From: an uncultured Ruminococcus sp.
GTDB taxonomy: Bacteria > Bacillota > Clostridia > Oscillospirales > CAG-272
DNA: 64,000 nucleotides
Assembly (NCBI GenBank): GCA_902762505.1
Contig: CACWOQ010000002.1
Location: 2,667-66,666 of the forward strand
Direction of reading: 5' to 3'
The notes beneath the pieces are model-generated. The model ran no database searches. It was not told the origin of the DNA and saw only the letters and a program-made list of their open reading frames with translations. The first letter of the stretch is position 1. Each line of letters begins with the position of its first letter. Position numbers and translations under genes: made by a program. Of the stretch, positions 46,076-55,362 are shown in pieces.

Positions 46076-48313
46076 ATGGCAAAAAAGAAAAAAACACTGG
46101 ATCAACAGCCTCTTCCCGAGGCGGAGATAAAGGATCAGCTCATCGTCGATACGCTTGAAACGAACTATATGCCGTACGCAATGAGCGTTATACTCAGCCG
46201 CGCTATACCGGAAATCGACGGCTTCAAGCCGGCGCACAGAAAGCTTCTTTATACAATGTATAAAATGGGGCTGCTTGACGGTCCGAGAACGAAATCCGCG
46301 AACGTCTGCGGCGAGACCATGAAGCTCAATCCCCACGGCGACGCGTCGATATACGATACCATGGTCCGGCTTACACGCGCAAACGAGGCGCTGCTGCACC
46401 CGTTCGTAGACTCGAAGGGTACGTTCGGCAAGCAGTACAGCCGTGACCTCGCGCCAGCCGCCTCGCGTTACACCGAATGCAAGCTTGCGCCCATCTGCCG
46501 AGAGGTCTTAGGCGGCATAAACAAGGACGCGGTCGAAATGGTCGACAACTACGACGGATCGATGAAGGAGCCGATCCTCATGCCGACGGCTTTTCCGAAC
46601 ATCCTCGTTTCGGCAAACTCCGGCATAGCTGTCGGTATGGCGACTAACATCTGCTCGTTCAATCTTTCGGAGATATGCGACGGAACGATCGAGCTTCTGA
46701 AAAATCCCAAGACCTCACCCGACAGGCTTCTCGATATCGTCAAAGGTCCGGATTTCCCGCTCGGAGGACTTCTCTTGTACGACAGAGAAAAGCTCAGAAC
46801 GATTTACGAGACGGGGATCGGCTCGTTCACTCTGCGCTCGAAATACGTGTACGACAAGGAAAACAACTGCATTGACGTTTTGCAGATACCATACTCCACC
46901 TCGATCGAGAAAATAATCGAGGAAGTGACAAAAGGCGTCGCCGACGGCAAGATAAAAGAGCTTACCGATATACGCGACGAGATCGGATATGAAGGCTTCC
47001 GTCTTACTCTCGATCTGAAACGCGGCACCGATCCGGAGAAGCTTATGGCAAAGCTGTTCAGGATAACGTCGCTGCAGGATTCGTTTGCGTGCAACTTCAA
47101 CGTGATCATCGACAAAAAGCCGATGGTGCTCGGCGTGAACGACATACTTCTCGAATGGATCAGATTCCGCATGGGCTGCGTCAAACGCGAGCTCGAATTC
47201 GATCTTAAAACGAAGAGGGACAAGCTTCATCTGCTGCTCGGACTCGGAAAAATACTGCTCGATATCGACAAAGCGATAGCGATAGTCAGAGGAACGGAGA
47301 AGGAAGCCGACGTCGTGCCCAACCTGCAGAAGGCTTTCGACCTAACCGAGATACAGGCGGAGTACGTCGCGGAAATCAAGCTCAGATATCTGAACCGCGA
47401 GTATATTCTGAACAGGGTAAAGGAAATATCCGCGCTCCAGTCTGAAATCGCGGATCTTGAGGATACGATCAAAAGCGACAAGCGCATCAAGGACGTTATA
47501 ATAAAACAGCTGAACGAGATCAAGAAAAAATACGGTATTCCGAGACGCACGGAAATACTGTACGATTCCTCCGATCTTCCCGAATACAAGCCGGACGAGG
47601 AGGTCGATAACTTCAATCTCTGCGCGGTGTTCACAAAGCAGGGCTTCTTCAAAAAGATACCGCTTACGTCGCTGAGAAACGGCGAGAACCATCTGTTGAA
47701 GGACGGGGATTATATACTCTGCCGCGAGAATTCGGATAATACTAAATCCGTCATATTTTTGTCGGATATGGGACAGATGTACCGCGCAAGGCTTTCCGAT
47801 TTCAAATCGAGCAAAGCGTCGGATCTGGGCGACTACGTTCCCGCCAAGCTCGGCTTTGACGAGGGTGAAAAAGCCGTGTACATGAAAGTCGTCGACAAGT
47901 ATGAGGACACGCATAATCTCGTGTACATATTTGAAAACGGCAAGGGCATAAAGGTGCCGATGTCGGCTTACGAGACGAAAGGCAACAGAAAAAAACTGAC
48001 CGGCGCGTACTCGACAAAATCGCCGCTTGTCGCCGCGTTCTACGAGGAAGAGCCGTTCAATATCGCCATGGTATCTGACGGCAAGCGCGCGATCATGTTT
48101 TCAACAAAGCTTATACCCGTAAAGCCCACGAGGACCGCCGGCGGAGTTACGCTGTTCTCGCTGAAAAAGGGACAGGTTATCGCAGCCGCTTTCCGCGAAG
48201 CCGATTCGCCTTACGATAATATAGGCAAATACAGAAAGATCAAGCTCCCGGCGACAGGTTCGCTGTTGGACGAGTTCGATATAAACGCACAACAGGTCAA
48301 AATGGATATATGA
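46076..48313 (+). CDS. parC: Type IIA DNA topoisomerase subunit A (ParC/GyrA-like, divergent)
   Basis: DGFKPAHRKLLY, NPHGDASIYDTMVRLTR and the active-site tyrosine context AASRYTECKL are present. No GyrA-box (QRRGGKG) was seen, which favours a topo-IV-like role. Confidence 0.8.
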   Translation: MAKKKKTLDQQPLPEAEIKDQLIVDTLETNYMPYAMSVILSRAIPEIDGFKPAHRKLLYTMYKMGLLDGPRTKSANVCGETMKLNPHGDASIYDTMVRLTRANEALLHPFVDSKGTFGKQYSRDLAPAASRYTECKLAPICREVLGGINKDAVEMVDNYDGSMKEPILMPTAFPNILVSANSGIAVGMATNICSFNLSEICDGTIELLKNPKTSPDRLLDIVKGPDFPLGGLLLYDREKLRTIYETGIGSFTLRSKYVYDKENNCIDVLQIPYSTSIEKIIEEVTKGVADGKIKELTDIRDEIGYEGFRLTLDLKRGTDPEKLMAKLFRITSLQDSFACNFNVIIDKKPMVLGVNDILLEWIRFRMGCVKRELEFDLKTKRDKLHLLLGLGKILLDIDKAIAIVRGTEKEADVVPNLQKAFDLTEIQAEYVAEIKLRYLNREYILNRVKEISALQSEIADLEDTIKSDKRIKDVIIKQLNEIKKKYGIPRRTEILYDSSDLPEYKPDEEVDNFNLCAVFTKQGFFKKIPLTSLRNGENHLLKDGDYILCRENSDNTKSVIFLSDMGQMYRARLSDFKSSKASDLGDYVPAKLGFDEGEKAVYMKVVDKYEDTHNLVYIFENGKGIKVPMSAYETKGNRKKLTGAYSTKSPLVAAFYEEEPFNIAMVSDGKRAIMFSTKLIPVKPTRTAGGVTLFSLKKGQVIAAAFREADSPYDNIGKYRKIKLPATGSLLDEFDINAQQVKMDI

Positions 48314-48320
48314 GGTTAAT

Positions 48321-48893
48321 ATGAGTAAAAAGATCGAGTTAATCAAAAAAGCCGCGGCGGCTGTAATAATGCTTACCGTGCTTATGACCACTATGGCGTT
48401 CGGCGTTACGGAGGAGTATTCGACCGAAACGGATCCGCTCGTTTCGCTGTCGTATATCAACGGCGTTGTTATCCCGGATCTTGAAAAATACGTGGACGAC
48501 AAGGTAAACAACGTATCCGCGGAGCAGATCGCGGCGGAGCTTCTCGGCAACGAGGAATTCCGTCAGTACGTTTCATCGGTCGTTTCATCAATGTCATCCG
48601 GCAGTCAGGGCGCGGCGTCCGGCACGGAGTTCATCACTCTGAAACTGTCGGCGGGGAAACGTATAATCGCCGGAGGCAAATGCGAGCTTATCCTCCGTTC
48701 GGGAAAAGCCGCCGTCATATCTTCGGGCAACGGCGCCGTCAAGGATCTTTCCGCCGATAAGACACTCGGCAATGGAGACGGAGTCGTTACCGGCAATTTC
48801 ATCGAGATATCGTATTCGGACGGCTCCGGTATCGCCGTGCTGCAATCAAACACCGAGATACTGATAAGGGGTGAGTTTACCGTTGGCGAATAA
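48321..48893 (+). CDS. Hypothetical membrane-anchored/secreted protein
   Basis: GAGGT RBS, an N-terminal hydrophobic anchor, and a Gly/Ser-rich beta-type C-terminal region. I recognise no family. Confidence 0.5.
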   Translation: MSKKIELIKKAAAAVIMLTVLMTTMAFGVTEEYSTETDPLVSLSYINGVVIPDLEKYVDDKVNNVSAEQIAAELLGNEEFRQYVSSVVSSMSSGSQGAASGTEFITLKLSAGKRIIAGGKCELILRSGKAAVISSGNGAVKDLSADKTLGNGDGVVTGNFIEISYSDGSGIAVLQSNTEILIRGEFTVGE

Positions 48894-50811
48894 GAAAAAG
48901 AACAACGACAGTAAAACCACGATCATCGTGCGCGTGGTCTGTATAATCCTTGCGCTGCTTATGCTCGGCGGCGTGCTCGCGGCGGCGATAATGACTGCTC
49001 ACGGAGCTGAAGTCGATACGGGAACCGAGCAGACGGCGCCCGAAACAGACAGGGAGCCTTTGTTCTCGGCTGACGATTATATGATCCGCGTCGGTATATC
49101 TTTTCGTGACGGAACGCTTGACAGCCACAGGATACGCACCAAAAACGGCGCGCCGGGCTTTGATCTGTACCGCACGACGACGTCGAATGAACTGCTGTAT
49201 ATCTGGACGCTTGAGAATCCCGACGTATCAGTATCCGAGACCGGGAACCTGAGACGCAGAACGGACGGCAGCGGCAACGGGCAGTGGACGTATTACGCTT
49301 CACAGTCGAACACCGTTTCGGGCGGTTATCATCTGCAGCTTTCATATGAATATGAAAAAAGAGACGAGGCGGCGGGAATGCTCGAAACGCTTGCCGGAGC
49401 TGCCGCGGCGCTCGACGTTCCGATATATCCCGCTTATATTGACGGAACGTACCGCATAAGAGCGGGCGCTTACGTATCGGAGGAGCAGGCTGAATCGGAA
49501 AAAGCGGCGATAGAAGAAGCCGTGGGAACCGAATGCACGGTCGTTTCACCGACCGCGACGTCCGTTACTGTGCTCGATCATATGACGGGGACGGTCCTGT
49601 TCGATTTCGATATGTCGGCGCAGAAATACGGTCTCGGCCTTTACTGTCTCGATAACGACGGAAAAAAAGATTATATCAACACCGTAACCGGATATTATTA
49701 CGACGGCGTTATGGAATTCCGAAGGTACAAAACGTCCGACGTTGACGGCGTAACGATGATGCTTATTTCGGATCTTGAAACTTACGTCATCCAGGTCGTG
49801 CCGTGGGAAATATACAACTCGTGGCCGGCGGAGACGATGAAAGCGTTTTCCATCTGCGCCCGGACCTTTGCGATAGCGAACAGTCACGAACGCGCAAAGC
49901 ACAAAGCGTATGACTGCGACGTCTGCAATACGAGCGACTGTCAGGTCTGCAAAGGCTTTGACCGCGTGAACGACAACGTGATAAAAGGAGTTCGCGATAC
50001 CGAGGGACAGATCCTTTTGTGCGACGGAAAAACGATCACGACGTATTACACGGATCTCGGCGGCGGAAGCATGGCTGCGGCGCACGAGGTCTGGAATATG
50101 GATCCTTGCAAATATCTCGTAGGTCAAATGACGCCGTGGGAGGATCTTACCGTCAGCAAATACGGAAACTGGAGCTTCACGGCGACGCCTGCGGAGCTGC
50201 TTGAAAAGGCGAGAAACGCGGGCTATACGCAGCTGAAGGGCGCCGTCGCCGATATACGCATCAACAGGCTTTGCGAGAATTCGACGTACGTTTATTCGAT
50301 CACGATAACGGATACGTACGGAACGTCGGTTACGATCAACAGAACGCGCAACGTCAGAGGCGCGCTTTCCGGTCTTATGTACGCCGCAAACTTTGTAATC
50401 GAGCATAACGGCAAAATCGACGACGGAACGAACACGTCCGTTAAAGAGACGATCACCGGGATATACGTTATGACGCAGAACGGCATAAAGATGATAGACG
50501 GAGAAGAGCGCATAAACGTGATCACCGATAACGGGATCAAGCAGCAGTACCTGCCGGAAAGGCTATGGATAAAAACGTCCTCATCGCTTGTGTCTCAGAC
50601 CGTGCTTATGAAGACGGAGCAGGTGATCGGGGGAGGCGGATCGTCGCAGTCGAATTTTACTTTCATCGGTCACGGCAACGGTCACGGCGTCGGGGCGAGT
50701 CAGTGGGGCTGCAAGGATCTCGGGCTTCAGGGATACAAATACGATCAGATACTTTATACGTATTTCCCGCATACCGCGCTTGCGATGTATAAGGACTATC
50801 TCTCATATTGA
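48871..50811 (+). CDS. SpoIID/LytB-domain protein with SPOR-like domain
   Basis: The product has a signal anchor and a SPOR-like YRIRAGAYVSEEQAESEKAAIEE. The SpoIID block is VVPWEIYNSWPAETMKAFSICARTFA...CNTSDCQVCKG. The start position (GTG at 48871) is uncertain. Confidence 0.7.
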   Translation: MSLPLANKKKNNDSKTTIIVRVVCIILALLMLGGVLAAAIMTAHGAEVDTGTEQTAPETDREPLFSADDYMIRVGISFRDGTLDSHRIRTKNGAPGFDLYRTTTSNELLYIWTLENPDVSVSETGNLRRRTDGSGNGQWTYYASQSNTVSGGYHLQLSYEYEKRDEAAGMLETLAGAAAALDVPIYPAYIDGTYRIRAGAYVSEEQAESEKAAIEEAVGTECTVVSPTATSVTVLDHMTGTVLFDFDMSAQKYGLGLYCLDNDGKKDYINTVTGYYYDGVMEFRRYKTSDVDGVTMMLISDLETYVIQVVPWEIYNSWPAETMKAFSICARTFAIANSHERAKHKAYDCDVCNTSDCQVCKGFDRVNDNVIKGVRDTEGQILLCDGKTITTYYTDLGGGSMAAAHEVWNMDPCKYLVGQMTPWEDLTVSKYGNWSFTATPAELLEKARNAGYTQLKGAVADIRINRLCENSTYVYSITITDTYGTSVTINRTRNVRGALSGLMYAANFVIEHNGKIDDGTNTSVKETITGIYVMTQNGIKMIDGEERINVITDNGIKQQYLPERLWIKTSSSLVSQTVLMKTEQVIGGGGSSQSNFTFIGHGNGHGVGASQWGCKDLGLQGYKYDQILYTYFPHTALAMYKDYLSY

Positions 50812-50824
50812 AAAAACAGGCATA

Positions 50825-50905
50825 GCGTTGTACTTCGTAAGGAAGTACAACGCAGCTAAATTCGCCGCGGGCGGCGAGCTAAATTATGCTCCGCATAGCT
50901 AAATT
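50825..50905. repeat. Three direct copies of AGCTAAATT, each preceded by a short palindrome
   Basis: AGCTAAATT occurs at 50854-50862, 50877-50885 and 50897-50905. The preceding palindromes are GCGTTGTACTT...AAGTACAACGC (50825-50853), CGCCGCGGGCGGCG (50863-50876) and ATGCTCCGCAT (50886-50896). Confidence 0.8.
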
Positions 50906-50911
50906 TGCTGC

Positions 50912-50980
50912 TGAAAGAAAATAACCCACTATGACACTTTCTCTGATTGAAAGATGTCAAAGTGGGTTAGTTTCTTCTTT
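50912..50980. terminator. Bidirectional terminator-like long hairpin (SpoIID-like gene / Nudix gene)
   Basis: The outer stem is AACCCACT...AGTGGGTT (50923-50930 / 50961-50968), with an inner imperfect stem. An A-rich run precedes it and a T-rich run follows. Confidence 0.55.
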
Positions 50981-51007
50981 ACGTAGCCTCTCCCTACCAC
51001 TGTTTTT

Positions 51008-51478
51008 TCAATAGTATTTTATGTCGAAGCCCGTATCGTCGTCGTCCGTGTACTTGCCGAACGCTTCGCTTATATTCCCGTCAAGGAATACGGGCAGGTA
51101 CTCTGCGATCCTGTTGTTTTCCTTCGCGTTTTTTATGTCGTCAAGCTTCATGAAGAATACTTCGCCTTCATCTGTACCGGGAATAAGCGTCCCGCTGTAA
51201 TTACACGTTCTGTACGTGTAAACCATGTATTTTTTACCGCTGTCGACGTTGTGCCAGTGTATGATCCCGCAGAATTGCAGATCGGTCACGTCAAGTCCGG
51301 TTTCCTCCTTAGCCTCGCGCACCGCGCTTTCATACGCGCTCTCGCCCGGCTCGAGATGACCTCCCGGAAAAGAGATGCCGCACCAGCTTATCTTTCTGTT
51401 TATCACTACGGCGGAGTCTGTATCTCTGTCGTATATCATTATCATATTCGTATGTTCCGTATCACAGCTTCTTGACAT
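51008..51478 (-). CDS. NUDIX hydrolase (MutT-like)
   Basis: The Nudix box is GGHLEPGESAYESAVREAKEETGL. A GGAGG RBS lies 6 nt before the ATG. Confidence 0.85.
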   Translation of the reverse strand: MSRSCDTEHTNMIMIYDRDTDSAVVINRKISWCGISFPGGHLEPGESAYESAVREAKEETGLDVTDLQFCGIIHWHNVDSGKKYMVYTYRTCNYSGTLIPGTDEGEVFFMKLDDIKNAKENNRIAEYLPVFLDGNISEAFGKYTDDDDTGFDIKYY

Positions 51479-51595
51479 AAAAGCCTCCGTATTTTCGTTT
51501 AAAATATTTTATACCGGTGAAAGGCAAATTTCAAGATATATATTGCAATTTTTTTCAGTTTTTGATATAATGAAAAAAAACACCGGAGGGGTTTT

Positions 51596-53356
51596 ATGAT
51601 CGACGAAAAAACACTGTACGACAAAATATACGCCTGCTGGCTCGGAAAGAATATCGGCGGAACGCTCGGCGGACCTGTTGAAGGCAGGATGGAGGCGATG
51701 GATATCAAATGGTATCCCGTGCTTTCGGAAAACGGAGCGCTCCCGAACGACGACCTCGATCTTCAGCTCGTCAATCTTCACGTCCTCCAGGCTAAAGGCG
51801 CCGCCATCACCGCGGACGATATAGCCGAAGCGTGGCGTGAAAACGTGTTTTTCCCGTTTGACGAATACGGAGCGGCGACAACGAATATGAGAATGGGCTT
51901 CAAGCCGCCGTTTTCCGGCGCTTTTGACAACGTGTTCACCGATTGCATGGGCTCGCCGATCCGCTCGGAGATATGGGCGGCGGTATGCGCCGGTGATCCG
52001 GAGCTTGCGGCAAGTCTCGCTGTACGCGACGCCGTGGTCGATCACGCGGGAGGCGAAGGCGTAAACGGAGAGATCTTCAACGCCGCGCTTCAGGCGAAAG
52101 CGTACGTGTGCGACGATATCGAAATACTGATCGGATCCGCGCTCGCCTGCATCCCCCGGCAGAGCCGCGTTTATAAAGCCGTATCGTACGCGCTTGAGCT
52201 TTTCCGCGAGGGCAGGACTCTGCCCGAGGCGAGAGAGCTTATACTCGGTGCGTTCGGCTCTCCCAACTTTACGAACGCGCCTCAGAATATTGCCTTCGGT
52301 ATTTGCGGAATACTCTGGGGCAAAGATTTTGAAGACGCGATACTGAAGACAGTAAATCTCGGATACGATACCGACTGCACGGTCGCCACAGCCGCGGCAA
52401 CGCTCGGTATAATGTACGGTACGTCATACATACCCGAAAAATGGAGCAAGCCGATAGGCGAAAAAATAACCGTGTCGGATATGATAAAAGGAATAAACGC
52501 CCCCGCGGATCTTGACGCGCTTACCCGTGAGTCGATCAGAATATATAAAATGCTCAAATACGCCGACCGCGACGCAATAATAGCGGCGACGCCGTCGTGC
52601 ACGGACGCGGGCTATCAGCTTTATACGCTGACGTCGGATCAGAAGTCGGGCGTATACGCAAGGATGCGTTATCTTGACGGTCCGACGTGCTCGCCCGACC
52701 ACGACTGCCGCGTCAGATTCGAGATAACGAACAACAACACCTTCAAATGGAGACTCAAAGCAGATCTTATTTGTCCCGATGATCTGTATTGCAGCGATAC
52801 GGCGGACGTTACGGTTATGCCGAATGAAACGTCGACCGTCGAGTTCACCGTAAAAGCGTCCGCTATGCCGAAGGTCAGATATTGCAGGGTATGTCTGCGG
52901 CTGACCAGGATAAACGACGGATCCGTGTGGAGCGAATACAGACTTCCTTTTACGGTCCTGCGTCCGAACGTATGGCGTATAAACGGCGTCGAAAAGTATT
53001 TCCCGCATTCAAGCGTCACCCTTGACGGAAACGCCGGCGAATGGGTATGTGAAACAACGGTATGGGAGCCGCAGGCAAGAAAGACGACCGTCATCTGCAA
53101 CGGCGAAAACCCGATCAAGCTTGAGCTTGACGGAAAAGTCCTGTTTGATTCGGAAGAAACGCTTTTCCTGCCCGCGTATCACCGCTCACCTGCCGGGCAG
53201 AGAGCAGAGCTTATGCTTGAAGCCGGTGATCACAAAGTAAAGGTCACCGTGAAAAACAACGGCAAAGCGCCAATGTTCTATTTCTCGTGCAACGCGACGC
53301 GCGAGGTCTCGGAGCCCGGGAATAATTATATGCACATTGAAGACGTTCTGAAATGA
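51596..53356 (+). CDS. ADP-ribosylglycohydrolase-family protein with ~250-aa C-terminal beta-rich extension
   Basis: ARH-family blocks are present: ACWLGKNIGGTLGGPVEG, DDLDLQL and GYDTDCTVATAAATLGIMYG. The C-terminal half has no family I recognise. Confidence 0.7.
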   Translation: MIDEKTLYDKIYACWLGKNIGGTLGGPVEGRMEAMDIKWYPVLSENGALPNDDLDLQLVNLHVLQAKGAAITADDIAEAWRENVFFPFDEYGAATTNMRMGFKPPFSGAFDNVFTDCMGSPIRSEIWAAVCAGDPELAASLAVRDAVVDHAGGEGVNGEIFNAALQAKAYVCDDIEILIGSALACIPRQSRVYKAVSYALELFREGRTLPEARELILGAFGSPNFTNAPQNIAFGICGILWGKDFEDAILKTVNLGYDTDCTVATAAATLGIMYGTSYIPEKWSKPIGEKITVSDMIKGINAPADLDALTRESIRIYKMLKYADRDAIIAATPSCTDAGYQLYTLTSDQKSGVYARMRYLDGPTCSPDHDCRVRFEITNNNTFKWRLKADLICPDDLYCSDTADVTVMPNETSTVEFTVKASAMPKVRYCRVCLRLTRINDGSVWSEYRLPFTVLRPNVWRINGVEKYFPHSSVTLDGNAGEWVCETTVWEPQARKTTVICNGENPIKLELDGKVLFDSEETLFLPAYHRSPAGQRAELMLEAGDHKVKVTVKNNGKAPMFYFSCNATREVSEPGNNYMHIEDVLK

Positions 53357-54600
53357 AGATAAAAATGATAAAAGCGGACGCGGCGGATATTCTGTCGCGT
53401 CCTCCGATAAAGCACGAAAGACCGAAAAAACAGTCAAAACTGCTGAGAGCCGTTGTTTCGGCGGCGTCAAAAAAAGAGCTTTCCGATACGGAATTTACAT
53501 ACGACGGCAAAGGGTTTGATCAGCTCGGCAAAAGACCTTGTCTCGTGCTTATGAATCATTCCTGCTTTCTCGATCTGAAAGCGGCTTTCAGAATGATCAA
53601 ACGGCCGTTCAGCATCGTATGCACGTCCGACGGATTTGTCGGAAAACCGTCTCTTATGTATTCTCTCGGATGCATACCGACGGAAAAATTCGTACCGGAC
53701 TATTCACTTGTCAGAGATATAAAATTCGCTTTGAACAAGCTCGGGCAGTCCGTGCTTATGTACCCGGAGGCGAGCTATTCGTTCGACGGGACGGCGACGC
53801 CTCTGCCGGACAGCGTCGGCGCGCTTATAAAGCTGCTGAAAGTCCCTGTCGTCACCGTGATAACTCACGGCGCGTTCCTGCACGATCCGCTTTATAACGG
53901 TTTAAGACTCAGACGTGTCAAAGTGACCGCGGATACCGATCTTACTTTCACACAGGACAGCATTTCAAAAATGACGGCGGATGAGATAAACGCGGTACTG
54001 AAAGACAGATTCTCGTTCAACGCGTTTGAAGAGCAGAGAAATAATAAGATCGCCGTTACGGAGGATTTCCGGGCGATCGGGCTTGAACGCGTGCTGTACA
54101 AATGCCCCGTTTGCAAATGCGAAGGCGGAATTAAAGGCGACGGAACGGAAGTTAAATGCACCTGCGGCGCGTCGTGGACTTTGTCGGAATACGGCGAGCT
54201 CGTATCCGATCGCGGCATCACGACGGTGCCCGAATGGTTTGCATGGGAGCGCGAGCAGGTAAGAAAAGAAATACTGTCAGACGAATACGGACTCGATATC
54301 GAGGTCGAAATCGGGATCATGACGGACGTGAAAGCGATATACGACGTAGGGCGGGGAAGACTGACGCATGACAAAAACGGTTTCGTTCTGAAAACGGCGG
54401 ACGGTAAGGAGATCTTTAAACAGTCTCCCGTTTACTCTTACAGCGTTTATTCCGATTACTTTTGGTATGAGATCGCGGATATGGTCTGTATAGGGGACAG
54501 GAATAAGCTGTTTTACTGTTTTCCCGTCGATAAAACGGTCCCCGTCGCAAAAATAAGACTCGCTGCGGAAGAGCTTTACAAGCTGAATAAGAAGAAATAA
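53353..54600 (+). CDS. Lysophospholipid (PlsC-like) acyltransferase-family protein with Cys4 zinc-ribbon insert
   Basis: An ATGA overlap couples it to the upstream gene. It has the HX4D motif (NHSCFLD), a YPEASYS block, and CPVCKC...CTCG. Confidence 0.6.
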   Translation: MKIKMIKADAADILSRPPIKHERPKKQSKLLRAVVSAASKKELSDTEFTYDGKGFDQLGKRPCLVLMNHSCFLDLKAAFRMIKRPFSIVCTSDGFVGKPSLMYSLGCIPTEKFVPDYSLVRDIKFALNKLGQSVLMYPEASYSFDGTATPLPDSVGALIKLLKVPVVTVITHGAFLHDPLYNGLRLRRVKVTADTDLTFTQDSISKMTADEINAVLKDRFSFNAFEEQRNNKIAVTEDFRAIGLERVLYKCPVCKCEGGIKGDGTEVKCTCGASWTLSEYGELVSDRGITTVPEWFAWEREQVRKEILSDEYGLDIEVEIGIMTDVKAIYDVGRGRLTHDKNGFVLKTADGKEIFKQSPVYSYSVYSDYFWYEIADMVCIGDRNKLFYCFPVDKTVPVAKIRLAAEELYKLNKKK

Positions 54601-54626
54601 AAAAAGCGCCGACACGGCGCTTTTTT
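54600..54626. terminator. Bidirectional intrinsic terminator
   Basis: An A-run, then GCGCCG-ACA-CGGCGC, then a T-run. Confidence 0.8.
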
Positions 54627-54630
54627 AATG

Positions 54631-55053
54631 TCAGTTGATTTCGATCCTGTGGGACTTCGGAAGCTCTTCCTTCTTCTTGGGGAGAGTGAGCGTCAGAACA
54701 CCGTTTTCGTGCTTTGCGGTGATAGACGAAGCGTCAACCTCGGAAATGTTGAAACTGCGGGAGACGGTGCCATAGTAACGTTCGCGTCTGATATAGCCCT
54801 CTTTTTTGTCTTCCTCGTTTGTTTCGTTGTGCTTTTCCGCGGATATCGTAAGGATATCGTCATTCACTTCGACGTTGATCTCGTCTCTGTTGTAGCCCGG
54901 AAGCTCGGCTTCGATGACGTAGCTGTCGCCCGTGTCTCTGATGTCGGTCTTGATCGATAACTGTCCTTCATCGTTGAAGAAGGCTTTCTGCAGCGATCTG
55001 AATTCCTTGAAAGGATCATATCCGTTTTTCTTATATGAAGTTATACCGTACAT
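54631..55053 (-). CDS. Hsp20/alpha-crystallin small heat-shock protein
   Basis: The 140-aa product has the alpha-crystallin domain pattern (DIRDTGDSYVIEAELPGYNRDEINVEV...LTISAE...FNI...I.A...NGVLTLTLPK). A GAGGT RBS is present. Confidence 0.9.
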   Translation of the reverse strand: MYGITSYKKNGYDPFKEFRSLQKAFFNDEGQLSIKTDIRDTGDSYVIEAELPGYNRDEINVEVNDDILTISAEKHNETNEEDKKEGYIRRERYYGTVSRSFNISEVDASSITAKHENGVLTLTLPKKKEELPKSHRIEIN

Positions 55054-55158
55054 AATAAATACCTCTTCTTTCCGGGAATCTGTTTCCCTTTTGTTTGACT
55101 ATATCATACACCGCATTTGTTAAATACGCAATACAAATGTGTTTCATAATTGTAAAAA

Positions 55159-55185
55159 CTGGCACTATAAGACTGAGAGTGCTAA
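55159..55185. promoter_or_regulatory. CIRCE-like element upstream of hsp20
   Basis: CTGGCACTA-TAAGACTGA-GAGTGCTAA. On the hsp20 strand the first arm reads as a perfect TTAGCACTC. The other arm has 3 mismatches to consensus. Confidence 0.5.
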
Positions 55186-55263
55186 AAATATATTATAAAA
55201 CACAGAAAATCACAAGATAATCGGAAATATATCAATTGCACCTGTGCCGAATACATAATAAAA

Positions 55264-55290
55264 TTAGCACTATAAGAAAAAGAGAGATAA
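55264..55290. promoter_or_regulatory. Second, more degenerate CIRCE-like 27-mer
   Basis: TTAGCACTA-TAAGAAAAA-GAGAGATAA has 3 arm mismatches. It is identical to the 55159 element at 20 of 27 positions. Confidence 0.35.
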
Positions 55291-55362
55291 TTTGTCGAAT
55301 GCCGCTTTCGGTGATACGTTCATATAATAAAACGTAGGCAATAAATAAAGGGAGAGCTTTAA

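Noticed and set aside
50854-50905. CRISPR array (also considered for 32153-32284)
   Set aside because: The repeats are only 7-13 nt with 11-14-nt spacers and 3-7 copies. The spacers are palindromes, and there are no cas genes in the window.
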